Positions 50,460 through 61,600 are shown, counted from the stretch's first letter. The stretch: DNA of 64,000 bases from Syntrophales bacterium (GCA_963666365.2 CAXXNF010000002.1:672001-736000); one strand, 5' to 3'. The notes: generated from the letters alone by a model not told the origin. Translations and numbers: made by a program.

Positions 50460-52172
50460 TCAATGGTCATAATGCAGTAGAATTCGTTGCTGGCCGTTTT
50501 TTTCGGAGACATCGATCCTGTCCACGTCTCTGCATATCAGGCAAAGAGAAAGCCCTATGGTGGAAATTGATTCCTCCATGATCTGGGGTTTTTCGTACAC
50601 TTCCATGGCGTCTATCGGACTTCCCTCATAGTAGAGGACCAGATCAAGGTTGAATTCATCGAAGGTCATATCCAAACGGACCGGCTTTTCCGTCAACCCC
50701 TCGGCAGTGATCATTTCCATGGATTCGTTTAAGGCCGAAATTGCCCGGTTCACTATATCCTGGCGCGCCCCCCACTGGGCGCCCTGCTGTTCTATCATAT
50801 CCCTGATTTGTTCGTAGGTTGTCTTCCCTGTCTCCAGAAACCGGCTGCTTGTTTTCTTCAAACCGATTTGAAATATCAGCGTCAGTCCGATGGCAAGAAC
50901 TGTGGCAATGTAGAGAGGCGAGGTAACTATGGGACGAACCCAGGGATTCTCGATTTGAGTGTAGATCTGTAACAGCGCCGAAACGCTCAAACCGAAGATC
51001 ATAGAAATACCGAGGATGAAAATCTTTCGCGGGTCCATCATGCGGGACATCATAATCTGAAAACCGGTGAAAATAATAAAACACACGGCAAAAAGCGGTG
51101 TGGCGCCCATCACCGGTTGGGGCATAACCACAAACACCTCTGCGAAGCGGGGTAAAAATGCCAGGATAATAAGGATGGCGCCCGTGGTAAATGCGATGCT
51201 TCGGCTTGTTGCCCCCGTCCCCAGCGAGAGACCGATATTACTCGATGCCGTCGATTGCCCCATCGCTCCCACCAAACCGCTGATGCTCATGCCCATTCCT
51301 TCTGCAAAAAGTCCCTTTCTGATGCTGTCCATATCCGGCCGCTTCCAGTCCGCATCATTGATTTTCTGACATGTCGTCAGATTTCCTATTGTTTTGACCG
51401 ACGCACAGAGACTGGCAATGGCAAAGGGCAGTATCAATGATGAGTCAAACGACCAGTGGAGAAGGCCGACATCAGGCAGAGCTATAAGGGGTTTACTGAA
51501 AATCTGCTCGATTCTTGCGGGCGGTAGAAGTCCGGTCAGAATAGAGATGGTATATCCCGTCACCATCCCTATAATGACGGAAAAAAGGCGTAATCTTCCT
51601 TTGCTCCAGACCGTTATGGCCGCCATAATCCCCAGCGTAATTATAGATATGATAAGCACATGGGGGTTGATGGCGGAGTGGTGTTCCGTGATACCAAGAA
51701 AATTCCGCACCGCAACCGGAATGACCGATATACCGACCATTGCCACCACAAGTCCCATCACTTCCGGCGTAAAGATCTTCCGCATGCGGTGTACAATCCG
51801 GGAAATAATCATTTCCAGGACGCCGCTTAAGGCAGTCATCCCGAGAACTAGGGGAAGACCGCCGAGTCTTGCTGCCAGTAAAGAAGCGGAAATATACGCA
51901 GGTTCGCATACGGATGGGGCAAAATATCCCGACCCGACACCTTTTTTGTTGAGTGCCTGCAGCAGGGTGGAAATTCCTCCCGCCAGGAGGGACATACTGA
52001 CAAAGAAACCCGCCACACTCTGCGACGCTCCCATCCCCTGCACGACGATCATGGCGAAGATCAACGCAGTTGTCACATGGAAGCTGTGCTGAAGGCCCAG
52101 CAATATACATGTAGGCAACGGGACAGGATCATCCACACCATAGATCAGGCTGGAGGGTTTACGTCTTTTCAT
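50460..52172 (-). CDS. NCS2 (xanthine/uracil) permease with a C-terminal HATPase-like domain
   Basis: LLGLQH, TLLQ, SSNIG..LGTGATSR; soluble tail of about 130 aa. Confidence 0.85.
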   Translation of the reverse strand: MKRRKPSSLIYGVDDPVPLPTCILLGLQHSFHVTTALIFAMIVVQGMGASQSVAGFFVSMSLLAGGISTLLQALNKKGVGSGYFAPSVCEPAYISASLLAARLGGLPLVLGMTALSGVLEMIISRIVHRMRKIFTPEVMGLVVAMVGISVIPVAVRNFLGITEHHSAINPHVLIISIITLGIMAAITVWSKGRLRLFSVIIGMVTGYTISILTGLLPPARIEQIFSKPLIALPDVGLLHWSFDSSLILPFAIASLCASVKTIGNLTTCQKINDADWKRPDMDSIRKGLFAEGMGMSISGLVGAMGQSTASSNIGLSLGTGATSRSIAFTTGAILIILAFLPRFAEVFVVMPQPVMGATPLFAVCFIIFTGFQIMMSRMMDPRKIFILGISMIFGLSVSALLQIYTQIENPWVRPIVTSPLYIATVLAIGLTLIFQIGLKKTSSRFLETGKTTYEQIRDMIEQQGAQWGARQDIVNRAISALNESMEMITAEGLTEKPVRLDMTFDEFNLDLVLYYEGSPIDAMEVYEKPQIMEESISTIGLSLCLICRDVDRIDVSEKNGQQRILLHYDH

Positions 52173-52330
52173 GGTCGGGGGTACTCATTACGATAGTGCG
52201 CCTCGCTATCTTTTTTTACGAAGCAATCATAGATAGTCTAAATAATTTTCTTTTGTAATGCAATCCAGGATGTGAGAAATATCAGCGCATGTTCACCGTA
52301 TTTTTGCCCTGCATTGTGGACACTATTTTA

Positions 52331-52360
52331 TTGACACGCAATCAGCCCTACCCCTATAGT
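52331..52360 (+). promoter_or_regulatory. sigma70 promoter
   Basis: TTGACA-N18-TATAGT. Confidence 0.55.
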
Positions 52361-52475
52361 TATACGTCATGTAGGTACTATTTGATGGAACAGTAACCGG
52401 TTAGAAAACGAACGATGAGATCATTATTAGGATTGACTTCCCAAAACGGATGCATTTTTAAAAAAGGAGACACCT

Positions 52476-52877
52476 ATGCGGGGAGTTTCAAAGTTGATTG
52501 TAATGAGTTTAATTGTTCATGCCTTCCTCGTTACGTTTACCACAGCAGCACATTCCTGGACGGCATACGTTACAAATACTACACCTTGTACCATTAAAGT
52601 CCGGGTTGAATATGGTGCTTTGGGCGCCAAAGTACAAGAGGCTTACATTGAACCATATGGGTCAAAATCATTTAATACCGGAAGCGATTGCGGACTTAAC
52701 CTTTGCGTATTTCACCAGGGACGAGATTTAAAGGGTGAATGTAACGGTTCCTACACCATCAATGCAGAACGCTGCTTCGTAAAAAATTACTCCTTTAATA
52801 CCTGTATGCATGGCTGCTGGGATACCACATGGACTATAGTGGGCACAAGGCCCGAGGATATTAAGCGCAGTCCATGA
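52476..52877 (+). CDS. Secreted Cys-rich hypothetical protein
   Basis: AAGGAG RBS; signal peptide ending AHS; 7 Cys. Confidence 0.75.
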   Translation: MRGVSKLIVMSLIVHAFLVTFTTAAHSWTAYVTNTTPCTIKVRVEYGALGAKVQEAYIEPYGSKSFNTGSDCGLNLCVFHQGRDLKGECNGSYTINAERCFVKNYSFNTCMHGCWDTTWTIVGTRPEDIKRSP

Positions 52878-53007
52878 CATTCTTCCCAGGTTCCACAGTC
52901 CATATACGGTCTCAAATGACATGATAAGGCTTTGTAAGTATGTTCTTGCTTGAGATGGATATGCCGTTTGATTCTTGCATTATTGCGTGATTGAAAGGAG
53001 ACAACAG

Positions 53008-53925
53008 ATGAAGTTTAGAAAGCAGAGGCGGTTCTGGGTATGTGTCATGCTGACAGTACTCGCTATGATAGGTTCTTATGCATCGGCATCGGCTGCAACA
53101 GGAGATCCTGCGCTTTTAAAAGCGCTCTCCAGGGTAAAAATATTCGCGAGCCTGACCGATGGTGAGCTGCATGCGCTGCAATCGGCAGCCACGCTGTGCC
53201 ATATGAAGGCCGGAGAGTATCTGACACGATCGGACATGACTATTGATACCATGTTCATCGTTCTCGACGGTAAGGCAGAAGTGTTTCGAAAGGGCACGCT
53301 CGTTGCCACCTTGTCAGGTCAGTTTTTCATTGGCGAAACGGAGTTTCTTGTCAAGCTTCCCACCTTCGTGGATGTTATTATCGCCAAAGAAACCGATGTC
53401 ATAGAGGTGCGCAATGCCGCGCTCAATGATCTGATGGAACGATATCCACGCATCGGATTCGTAATAATGAGCGAACTTGCCAAAATTGAAGCCCAGAGAC
53501 TCCGGGCTACCACCATCGCAGAAACTGCAGGCGCCGCAAATAAAGATACTGCTGCCATCGACAAGGTTCGCGTGGACTTTAATGAAGCCTATAACAGAGG
53601 CAACGCTCAGGCACTGGCCGCACTTCTGGATCATCACGCCGTCTGGCTGCCTCCCGGTGAATCCCCTGTCGTCGGCCGGGAAACAATTGAAGCACGTTAC
53701 GCAAACTTTTTCACCAAGATTCACTCAACCTTCGAACTTCACGCCGGCGACATTCAAGTGTGCGGCGATTACGCATTCCTGAACAGCATCTGGAGTCGAA
53801 CAGACAAGTCCAGGGCGGGAGGAGAAATCAGAAAGGTGTCGGGCCATTTTCTGTGGATTTTAAAGAAACAGCATGACGGTGCCTGGAAGGTTGTTCGCGA
53901 CATATGGAACGAACTCAAACCATAG
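53008..53925 (+). CDS. Signal peptide + cNMP-binding-like domain + SnoaL/NTF2-like (DUF4440) domain
   Basis: KIFASLTDGEL, MFIVLDG, FIGE; then FNEAYNRGNA...WLPPG...GRETI...LKKQHDGAWK..RDIWN. Confidence 0.82.
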   Translation: MKFRKQRRFWVCVMLTVLAMIGSYASASAATGDPALLKALSRVKIFASLTDGELHALQSAATLCHMKAGEYLTRSDMTIDTMFIVLDGKAEVFRKGTLVATLSGQFFIGETEFLVKLPTFVDVIIAKETDVIEVRNAALNDLMERYPRIGFVIMSELAKIEAQRLRATTIAETAGAANKDTAAIDKVRVDFNEAYNRGNAQALAALLDHHAVWLPPGESPVVGRETIEARYANFFTKIHSTFELHAGDIQVCGDYAFLNSIWSRTDKSRAGGEIRKVSGHFLWILKKQHDGAWKVVRDIWNELKP

Positions 53926-53972
53926 AATATCCAGGTTAATTCTCGGGTGATCCAGGGAAAAATGAGGTTCCG

Positions 53973-55778
53973 ATGAAGCGATGCGTATTCGAGAAAATCA
54001 TTGCAGTATGTCTGAGCGTGCTCTGTCTTTTGCTGGGATGCTCGGACGATAGGACCGTTATAATTGCAACGCCCCCGTCAACCGGGAGCATCAGCGGAAC
54101 GGTATATGCGTCGGGAGGGCAGGCGGGCACGGTCTTCGTGACGGCAATCAGGACAAACAATGCAAACCTTCAGCACGATATCAGAGTGATGGAAACGGAA
54201 CCCAAGGCCTATCTGTCGGATAAGGTTTCTGGGTATAACCGGCTTTCTTCGCCCGGAACTTACTGCATTTCGAATCTGCCGGAAGGGGAATACGCGCTCT
54301 TTGCATGGATCGACGTCAACGAAGACGGAAGCGTCGACCATCTTGATTATGCAGAACCCACCGGGTGGCATCAAAATCGAACCCACCTGGCTCCCATTTT
54401 ATTGACAGTGGCCGCGGGGTGTTCCGTTGAAGGTATCGACATTGAAGTGATTGCGCCGACCCCCTACTCCTCTCAGGATCTCACCATAACGTTCGGTCAG
54501 GGGGGAGGCAGCCTGAAAACGGTCAAAAGTCATAAAGTATTACACCTGTGGGGAACGGATCTGGAAAAAGCCTATTGCCGGGGATATATGCTGGCGCCCC
54601 AGATTCTGGATTGGATCAACTACTTGCTTGTCGAGCACTACGCCAAGTCCGTTGACAACTACGAAAATAACTACTTGCCGGTGATAGTCGACCGCACGGG
54701 AGGGATGGATCCCTATCAAGGTGAAATAAATACATTGCTTCAGGGGATGCGTGATCGACTTCCCGATCTCAGGCTCCCCTGGCTGGAACGTGATATCACC
54801 GCCGATGACATCCGCGGGTTGAACAACCTCTATATGTCGGCGCTGCTGCCAATGAGGAACAGATGGCCTTTGGAGAAAAATCCCGCACCCCTTGCCGTTG
54901 ATGCACTCTTTTTCTGCACCAATGCATCCTTTTGGGGAACCTGGACAGATAACGCGGAAGTAAACGGCGGGCTTATTGTCGGCAAAAACATGGATGGCGA
55001 AAATGATTTAAGAAAAATTACGGTCAATACACTGCTGGTGGTGGCCGTCGAGCCAGAACCGGGGAGCGGACGCAAAAAATACATCGGCATCGATTGGCCC
55101 GGTTTTATCGGCACACAAAACGGCATGAATGAAGACGGGTTGATCCTGACGCCTCAGGCAGCGGCGACTATGCCGAACTGGGATGCATTCGATTTTCTGG
55201 ATTATTCCATTCTCTACCGGGAGACACTGGAACGATGCACCACCATTTCCGATGCTGAAAATTACTGGCTGAACAGGGTGCATACCAAAATATCGGGATT
55301 CAATACGGCCCTGTCCGCCCCCTATACTTCAGGACAACTTTCCTGTCCTTCGGTTACGTTCGAAACGGACTCCTTCGGCGGCGCTATTCGCGAACCCCTC
55401 GATTTTACGCCCTGTGATCCTGATGCCATCCTTACGACGAATACGTTCTTTAAATACTCAGGCGTGTATCCCGAAGCTGTTGCGATTACAGGAAGCTACC
55501 AATCCGAGCTACACCGCACCAACTACCGCTACCTGGCCATGCTGGAACTGATGGACCACTACCGGAAGCAATCGAAAACAGTGGGCACACCGGAAATAAT
55601 AGAAATCCTTCAGTCAGCTTCCATTACCGAACAGTATCAGGACATTACGGAATGGAGTTTTATCGGATACCCCAACAAAAAAATGTTCGCTCTGGCAAAG
55701 GAGGATTTACACAACAAATTGCTCAATGCTTCCTACGGAAGTTTTTCCACCTTTACCTTTGATGAGGTTTTTCAATAA
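53973..55778 (+). CDS. Lipoprotein with Ntn-hydrolase (peptidase C45-like) domain
   Basis: Lipobox LLGC; FCTNASFWG...LIVGKNMD, WPGFIG..NGMNEDGL. Confidence 0.8.
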   Translation: MKRCVFEKIIAVCLSVLCLLLGCSDDRTVIIATPPSTGSISGTVYASGGQAGTVFVTAIRTNNANLQHDIRVMETEPKAYLSDKVSGYNRLSSPGTYCISNLPEGEYALFAWIDVNEDGSVDHLDYAEPTGWHQNRTHLAPILLTVAAGCSVEGIDIEVIAPTPYSSQDLTITFGQGGGSLKTVKSHKVLHLWGTDLEKAYCRGYMLAPQILDWINYLLVEHYAKSVDNYENNYLPVIVDRTGGMDPYQGEINTLLQGMRDRLPDLRLPWLERDITADDIRGLNNLYMSALLPMRNRWPLEKNPAPLAVDALFFCTNASFWGTWTDNAEVNGGLIVGKNMDGENDLRKITVNTLLVVAVEPEPGSGRKKYIGIDWPGFIGTQNGMNEDGLILTPQAAATMPNWDAFDFLDYSILYRETLERCTTISDAENYWLNRVHTKISGFNTALSAPYTSGQLSCPSVTFETDSFGGAIREPLDFTPCDPDAILTTNTFFKYSGVYPEAVAITGSYQSELHRTNYRYLAMLELMDHYRKQSKTVGTPEIIEILQSASITEQYQDITEWSFIGYPNKKMFALAKEDLHNKLLNASYGSFSTFTFDEVFQ

Positions 55779-55819
55779 GGGAAAAACTCAGGACAGCATC
55801 TTGAATATCGATCTTTTCG

Positions 55820-55848
55820 TTGACATATACCCCCGTCGTGCCTATACT
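55820..55848 (+). promoter_or_regulatory. sigma70 promoter
   Basis: TTGACA-N17-TATACT. Confidence 0.7.
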
Positions 55849-55909
55849 CCCCCACAATAGTTTATTCTTCGTTACAATTCACGCACAATAATCGGATACA
55901 GCGAATGCA

Positions 55910-57646
55910 GTGAAAGGAGAAAGATCATTGCTGGCCAATCAGGTATGGCAGCCGCTGCCGGGAACCCGCCAGGCTGAGATATATCCCTATTTCCGCAATC
56001 CCGACCTTATTTCGTCGAATTCCTGTCTGATCCGCACACCGGAGCAGGTCATTCTCATCGACCCCGGCGCACTTTCCACACAGACCGCCGATCTCGGCCG
56101 TATCATGGAGGAATGTCAGCAAGAGCGTTCCCGGCCTGTAATAATCTATCTCACCCATTGTCACTATGATCATTCTCTGCATTTGGGCGCCTACCGGCAG
56201 ACATTGAAAACAACTTCGGTCTGGATCGCTGTGAAAGATGAAGGGGCCGATTATTTGATCGAGGGGGATCGGAAAGTAACTGCCGCCGAACTGTATGGAA
56301 TGCCCTATCCCTGCGTACAGCCCGATATACGTCTGCTGACGGGACAGGATAGAAAGAGAGGGGCTCCCCGCTACATCCGTCTCTCCCAGGAAGTGATGCT
56401 GACACTGCGCACAGAAGAAGTCCTCGCGGATTTCAGAAAACCGTTAATTCGTCAAGTAGTCTCCATAGGCGGCGGCGATTTTTTCGAGATCTATCCAACA
56501 CCGGGGCACAGTCCGGACAGTATCTGCATTCGCGCCGGTGAGATTCTTTTTATCGGCGATCTCTTGGCTGCGGCAAGACCGATGATTGCAGGAATGTCCG
56601 GATGGGACAGAGAGGACCTCATCGATACGCTTGAACAGGTGCAATGGATTCTTTCCAACACAGTGGTGCGCTTTTGCTATCCCGGGCATGGCGGGCTCAT
56701 CCCCGCCGATAAAGTAAGCGATATGTTACAGGCGATGCACCACCAGGTGCATCGCCTGTCCGATGTCTCTGAAATGAACGAAGATCGCCTCTTTGAGATA
56801 ACGGGTTATGCGCAGGAACTTATCGATGAGGCGGAGGAGGTTTTTTCATCCATCGCAGGTCGGATCCTGTACGTGGCATATCAGCTTGAACGGTTGGAGG
56901 AAGAAGAAGCGGCACAACGCTGTCGCGATTCAATGCACATGGACCGGATCGACGACTGCCTGATGGAATTCAGGAATCTCTGCCATTCCTTCGATGCCGG
57001 AAAAATGTTTCGGGTGGAATTTGCCTTTGATGCATTGCGTTTAGTGACAAAACTGAAAACTCTCTTTGACACCCGTCCCTTGAGCGCTATTCTGCCTCAG
57101 CCGCTTCTCAACAGAGGGACCAGGCTGCTTCTTGATTTTATTGGAATTGCCCATGGTCATCGCAATCCAGAGGAATTCATTCCCACCGACTTCAATGCGC
57201 TGATTGAAGGAATAGTGCAGGCATGGCAGAGCAATCCTCATCTGGATGAATCTATCGTTGACCTTGTGGACGATTATGAAAAATATCTGGCTTCCCTTGT
57301 CCTCCGTATCGGTCATGAGCCTGTGTCCGCTCAGACGAAGTTGTATGTTTCCCCTGCGGAGAACCTGCCTTTGGCAACAGTTGCCGCCGCTCGTCTTTTT
57401 GACATGGTGATGGACTTGCTCCAATGGATTAAACGTTCGAGCCCCGCGTCCATCACCATTGCTGCGGACATTGACCGCGGCTGTCCCCTGATCAGAATAA
57501 CGACCGAAAACCGTGATGTACCATCGCTCACGCCACGGGATGAGAAAAAAATCCGTTCCTTTACGCGCCGCTTTCTCATGTGCGGGCTTAACCTGAAAAC
57601 GGAACAAAACGATTTCCGGTTGACCTTGATCAACGAGGCGCATTAG
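55910..57646 (+). CDS. Metallo-beta-lactamase-fold hydrolase with a long C-terminal helical/HATPase-like extension
   Basis: LIDPG, THCHYDH (HxHxDH), PGHSPDS, IGDL, PGHG. Confidence 0.85.
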   Translation: MKGERSLLANQVWQPLPGTRQAEIYPYFRNPDLISSNSCLIRTPEQVILIDPGALSTQTADLGRIMEECQQERSRPVIIYLTHCHYDHSLHLGAYRQTLKTTSVWIAVKDEGADYLIEGDRKVTAAELYGMPYPCVQPDIRLLTGQDRKRGAPRYIRLSQEVMLTLRTEEVLADFRKPLIRQVVSIGGGDFFEIYPTPGHSPDSICIRAGEILFIGDLLAAARPMIAGMSGWDREDLIDTLEQVQWILSNTVVRFCYPGHGGLIPADKVSDMLQAMHHQVHRLSDVSEMNEDRLFEITGYAQELIDEAEEVFSSIAGRILYVAYQLERLEEEEAAQRCRDSMHMDRIDDCLMEFRNLCHSFDAGKMFRVEFAFDALRLVTKLKTLFDTRPLSAILPQPLLNRGTRLLLDFIGIAHGHRNPEEFIPTDFNALIEGIVQAWQSNPHLDESIVDLVDDYEKYLASLVLRIGHEPVSAQTKLYVSPAENLPLATVAAARLFDMVMDLLQWIKRSSPASITIAADIDRGCPLIRITTENRDVPSLTPRDEKKIRSFTRRFLMCGLNLKTEQNDFRLTLINEAH

Positions 57647-57726
57647 GGCATTGAAATATTCTGGCCTTCTTGCCGCCAGGCCCTGCAATATCGAGTTTTT
57701 ATGCGATACCCCGTTTATTCGGATCG

Positions 57727-58542
57727 TCAGGCTTTTTCAGTTGCGTCCAGACCGCCGGCAAGCAGAACCCCTCCATCTACAACGATTTCTGCGCCGGTGG
57801 TGTAATTGGAGGCGGCCGTCGCAAAATAGAGCGCTGCTCCCACTATTTCATCGGGTTCGCCGATTCGCCCCATGGGAGTGATGCGCGCCATTTCCTCTTT
57901 CCCCTTTTTCTGCTCTTCCTCGGGGAGATGGAACCAGTGCGAATCAAGCATCTTTGTGCTGATCGGTCCCGGTGCAATCGTATTGACCTGAATGTTGTAA
58001 GGCGCCAGTTCCATAGCAAAGGCCTTGGTAATCATGCGGACGCCAGCTTTTGAAATGCTGTATACGCTTACCCCCGGCTCCGGCTTGAATCCGTCGACTG
58101 ATGCAATATTTATTATTTTTCCACCCCCCTGCTTCTGCATGATCCTGGCTGCCGCCTGGCTCGTAAAATAAAGCCCTCTGAGATTCAGATTCATAATGGT
58201 TTCCCAAAGCCGTTCGTCCGATTCCAGCACGCTGCCCATGGCCGGGCTGGCGCCGGCGTTGTTGACCAAAACATCGATTCTGCCATATTTCTCCATCACG
58301 GTGTCGATCAGCTTTTCTATTTCTTCCGTCTTGCCAAGATGTGACTGTAGGGCAACAGCCTCGCCGCCGAATGCCTTGATTTCAGAAACATTTGCTTCAA
58401 GATCGGCTATTTTGCGGCTCGTGAGCACTACCTTTGCACCCGCCCCGGCAAACCCCAAGGCAATCGCTTTTCCAATTCCCCTGCTGCTTCCCGTTACAAT
58501 CGCTACTTTTTCCTCCAAAGAAAATCTGGATACATCGAACAT
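57727..58542 (-). CDS. SDR oxidoreductase (FabG-like)
   Basis: TGSSRGIG, NNAG, NIAS, YSISK, APGPIST; AAGGAGG RBS. Confidence 0.93.
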   Translation of the reverse strand: MFDVSRFSLEEKVAIVTGSSRGIGKAIALGFAGAGAKVVLTSRKIADLEANVSEIKAFGGEAVALQSHLGKTEEIEKLIDTVMEKYGRIDVLVNNAGASPAMGSVLESDERLWETIMNLNLRGLYFTSQAAARIMQKQGGGKIINIASVDGFKPEPGVSVYSISKAGVRMITKAFAMELAPYNIQVNTIAPGPISTKMLDSHWFHLPEEEQKKGKEEMARITPMGRIGEPDEIVGAALYFATAASNYTTGAEIVVDGGVLLAGGLDATEKA

Positions 58543-58637
58543 GGTGTATAACCTCCTTTGAGTTGATTAATGGAACGCTCATTTTTCAAAGCGCTGTAAC
58601 TGACTGAATAATGGATCGTTATTTCCTTTTTGTACCT

Positions 58638-61600
58638 TCAGTTCGGTTTTTTAATTCCCAATTTTTTCATCCTGAATGCCAATGTATTGGGATGTATGGC
58701 CAGCAATTCAGCGGCTCCCCCGGGTCCGTATATTTTCCCCCGTGTTTTTTCGAGTGCCCATTTAATATGGCGGCACTCGTTCTCTTTCAGGGTGACGGCG
58801 GAACGTTCATCCAGGGATGATATTTTATAATCCCTGTTTAAACAATAACGTACATTGACAGAGTCAGATGCGACATAGCGTTCAACAAAATTTTTAAGCT
58901 CTCTCACGTTGCCCGGCCAGGCATATTGAATAAGTTCCGTCATACCATCGGCTGAAATGCTTCGTGCCAGTTTTTCGGTTTTGAGGGCCTGAACATTTAA
59001 AAAATGGTTAATCAGCAGGGGGATGTCATCTCTGCGATCTCTCAGCGAGGGAATGAATATTGGGTATACATTAATTCTGTAGAATAAATCGGAGCGGAAC
59101 GCATTGCCTGCGATGCACTGTTCCAGATTTCTGTTTGTGGCGGTAATGAGCCGAAAATCCGATCGTATGGTTTCTTTTCCACCCACACGTTCAAATTCTT
59201 TTGTTTCGAGAACGCGAAGAAGCCGCACCTGCATGCCCAACGGGAGGTCGCCGATTTCATCCAAAAAGAGCGTACCTTCATGTGCCTTTTCGAAACGGCC
59301 TATGTGCCGCTGATCCGCACCGGTAAAGGATCCCTTCTCATGGCCGAAGAGTTCACTGTAAATCAATTCCTCTGAAAGGGCGCTGCAGTTAAGAGTGATA
59401 AAGGGTTTGTTCTTCCTGTGTGAGTGATTGACAATAGCCTTTGCAATTAATTCCTTGCCTACCCCCGTTTCACCTGAAATGAGGACAGTGGTATCGCTTT
59501 GTGCAATTTCTTCAACCTGCGACAGTACCTGCCTGATCTGGAGGCTTTTTCCGATGATGTTTTCAAAATGAGCCGGCGCATGCTGCTGACTTTGTTTTTC
59601 GTAGTGTGCTTTTATTTCTTTTATGTGGACCGACAATTCCTGGTGTTCCCTTTGCAGGACTTCATTATTAAGAAACAGTGCCGCATAGCTTGCCAGTGTT
59701 GAGAGCCTGTCCAATTGAGAAATGCTGAAGGCATTGCTCAATAGGCGATTATCATGATACAAGACCCCCATTATATTATTTTTTACAATAATGGGGACGC
59801 AGGCAGCGGATAGAATAGGCGTTCCATCGGGGTTTTCGAGGGTTTCCCCTATCCTCAAATCCTGTAACTTTCCCTCTCCGCAGGCCGCAACTTCTTCCAT
59901 TAACCTGAGAGAAGCAGCAAATTCCGGAAGATTAATCTGTTGATTCGTCAAATTTTTCGATGCCCGAAGGGTGAATAGTCTTGATTCGCTGGTTGGGTTA
60001 CATAAAAACAACCCTCCCCTTTCCGCCCCGGTTATCCGGTTAGCGCTTGAAATGATATGCTGAATTGCTTCCTTCGCAGTGCTCATCGAAGACAGATCTT
60101 TTATAATAGAAGCAAGTTTCTTCAATTGACCGTCATGCACAGTTGAGGTTTTGATAATAGGTTTTATGTCGTCCGGTATCAAGGATTCATTGAGTGAGGA
60201 GAGTATGCGGCTGATCGATTCGGCCGATTTTAGCGCCTGGCTTTGATTTCCTTTCTTCAGATAGGCCCTGGAAAGTTCAACCAGCGATTTTGCCAATTCA
60301 ATTGCGTGGCCTGAGATCTCTAGAAATTTAATTGACTGTTCTATTGTCGCAATGATTGCATCAGTGGATGCTCCCTCTTTTTTTGCGAGAAGGGCTTTGA
60401 ATCTGTAGGCGACGCCTTTCAGGAAGACATTTTCAGTGTTTACCATGTCTTCAATCTCTTTCCTGATCGAAATGTCCGGCAACGCGGGGAGGAGGCCCTC
60501 TTCGGCAGCCCAGCAAAGTTCCATGAGATAAGGCCACGGTCTTACCGACACATCTACCTGCCTGCTGAGCTTGCAGAATTGGCGAATATGGCGCAGGCAT
60601 CTATCATTTTCGCCTTTACGGTAAAAAGCGAATGCCAGCATCAACTCCCCCTGGATTGCAGTCCATTCCGGCTGTATTTTTCTTGCTTCCTTAACCGCGG
60701 GCACAAGATGCTGCAGTGCATCGTCGATATGCCCGATATCAAGCATAATCGCCCCTATGCATATACTTGAGTGGGCTGCAAGCCCGATGTCGCCTTTTTC
60801 CACACATTGTCGGCGGATAGAGTCAATCATTCCGATTCCCTGGGTGATTTGTCCCACTTGCCCGTAACATGTTCCAATGGTCATCGCGGCAAGCAGGGGA
60901 AATCTGCCGAGAGGAAATTTTTCCACATCGCTTAACGATTGTTCATAGTCATGCACCGCATCTTTGAACAATCCCTGCCAGTAGAGAAGAAATGTCTTGA
61001 AGTTGGATATGGAACGAATCGTTTTCTCGTCATCCAGTTCTTCAGCCACGGCACAGGCGTTTTCAAAATGGTTCAGGGCATTTTTATAGTGAGACTGCAG
61101 CCATCTGTTTTTTGATATATTCATATCGATCATTGCCTGATATTTGAGATCATTCAGATTTTTCGCTCTGAACATCGCATCATCCAAAATCGATAGTACT
61201 TTCTTTACGTCATGTCTCGCGGTGTTGAGCTTTCCGTATTCGATGGCTGCGTCACAGAAGATGCGATCGGCGTCTTCACCACATATGCCTGAAAGGTCGT
61301 CCAGTATTTTCACATAACACTTCAGCGCTTTTTCGATTCGGTATCCTGTCCTGTAATAATTCGCTGCTTTAATCAGCCACTTGTATTCATTAATATCGTT
61401 GATTTTATTTAAAAGATAGGGTGCGATTACCGCAGCTTTTGAAGAAGAATCCGGAAGCTCCCTTATGAGCATTTCAGCAATGAGCTGATGGTAGAGGACT
61501 TTCTCTTCCGCTCTCAAATTCATCTGAAACATGCGGAGTGTTTTTGTGTCGGGGAAAACGTATAATCCAATGCCTTCTCTTTGAAGGTAGCCCAGCGCTA

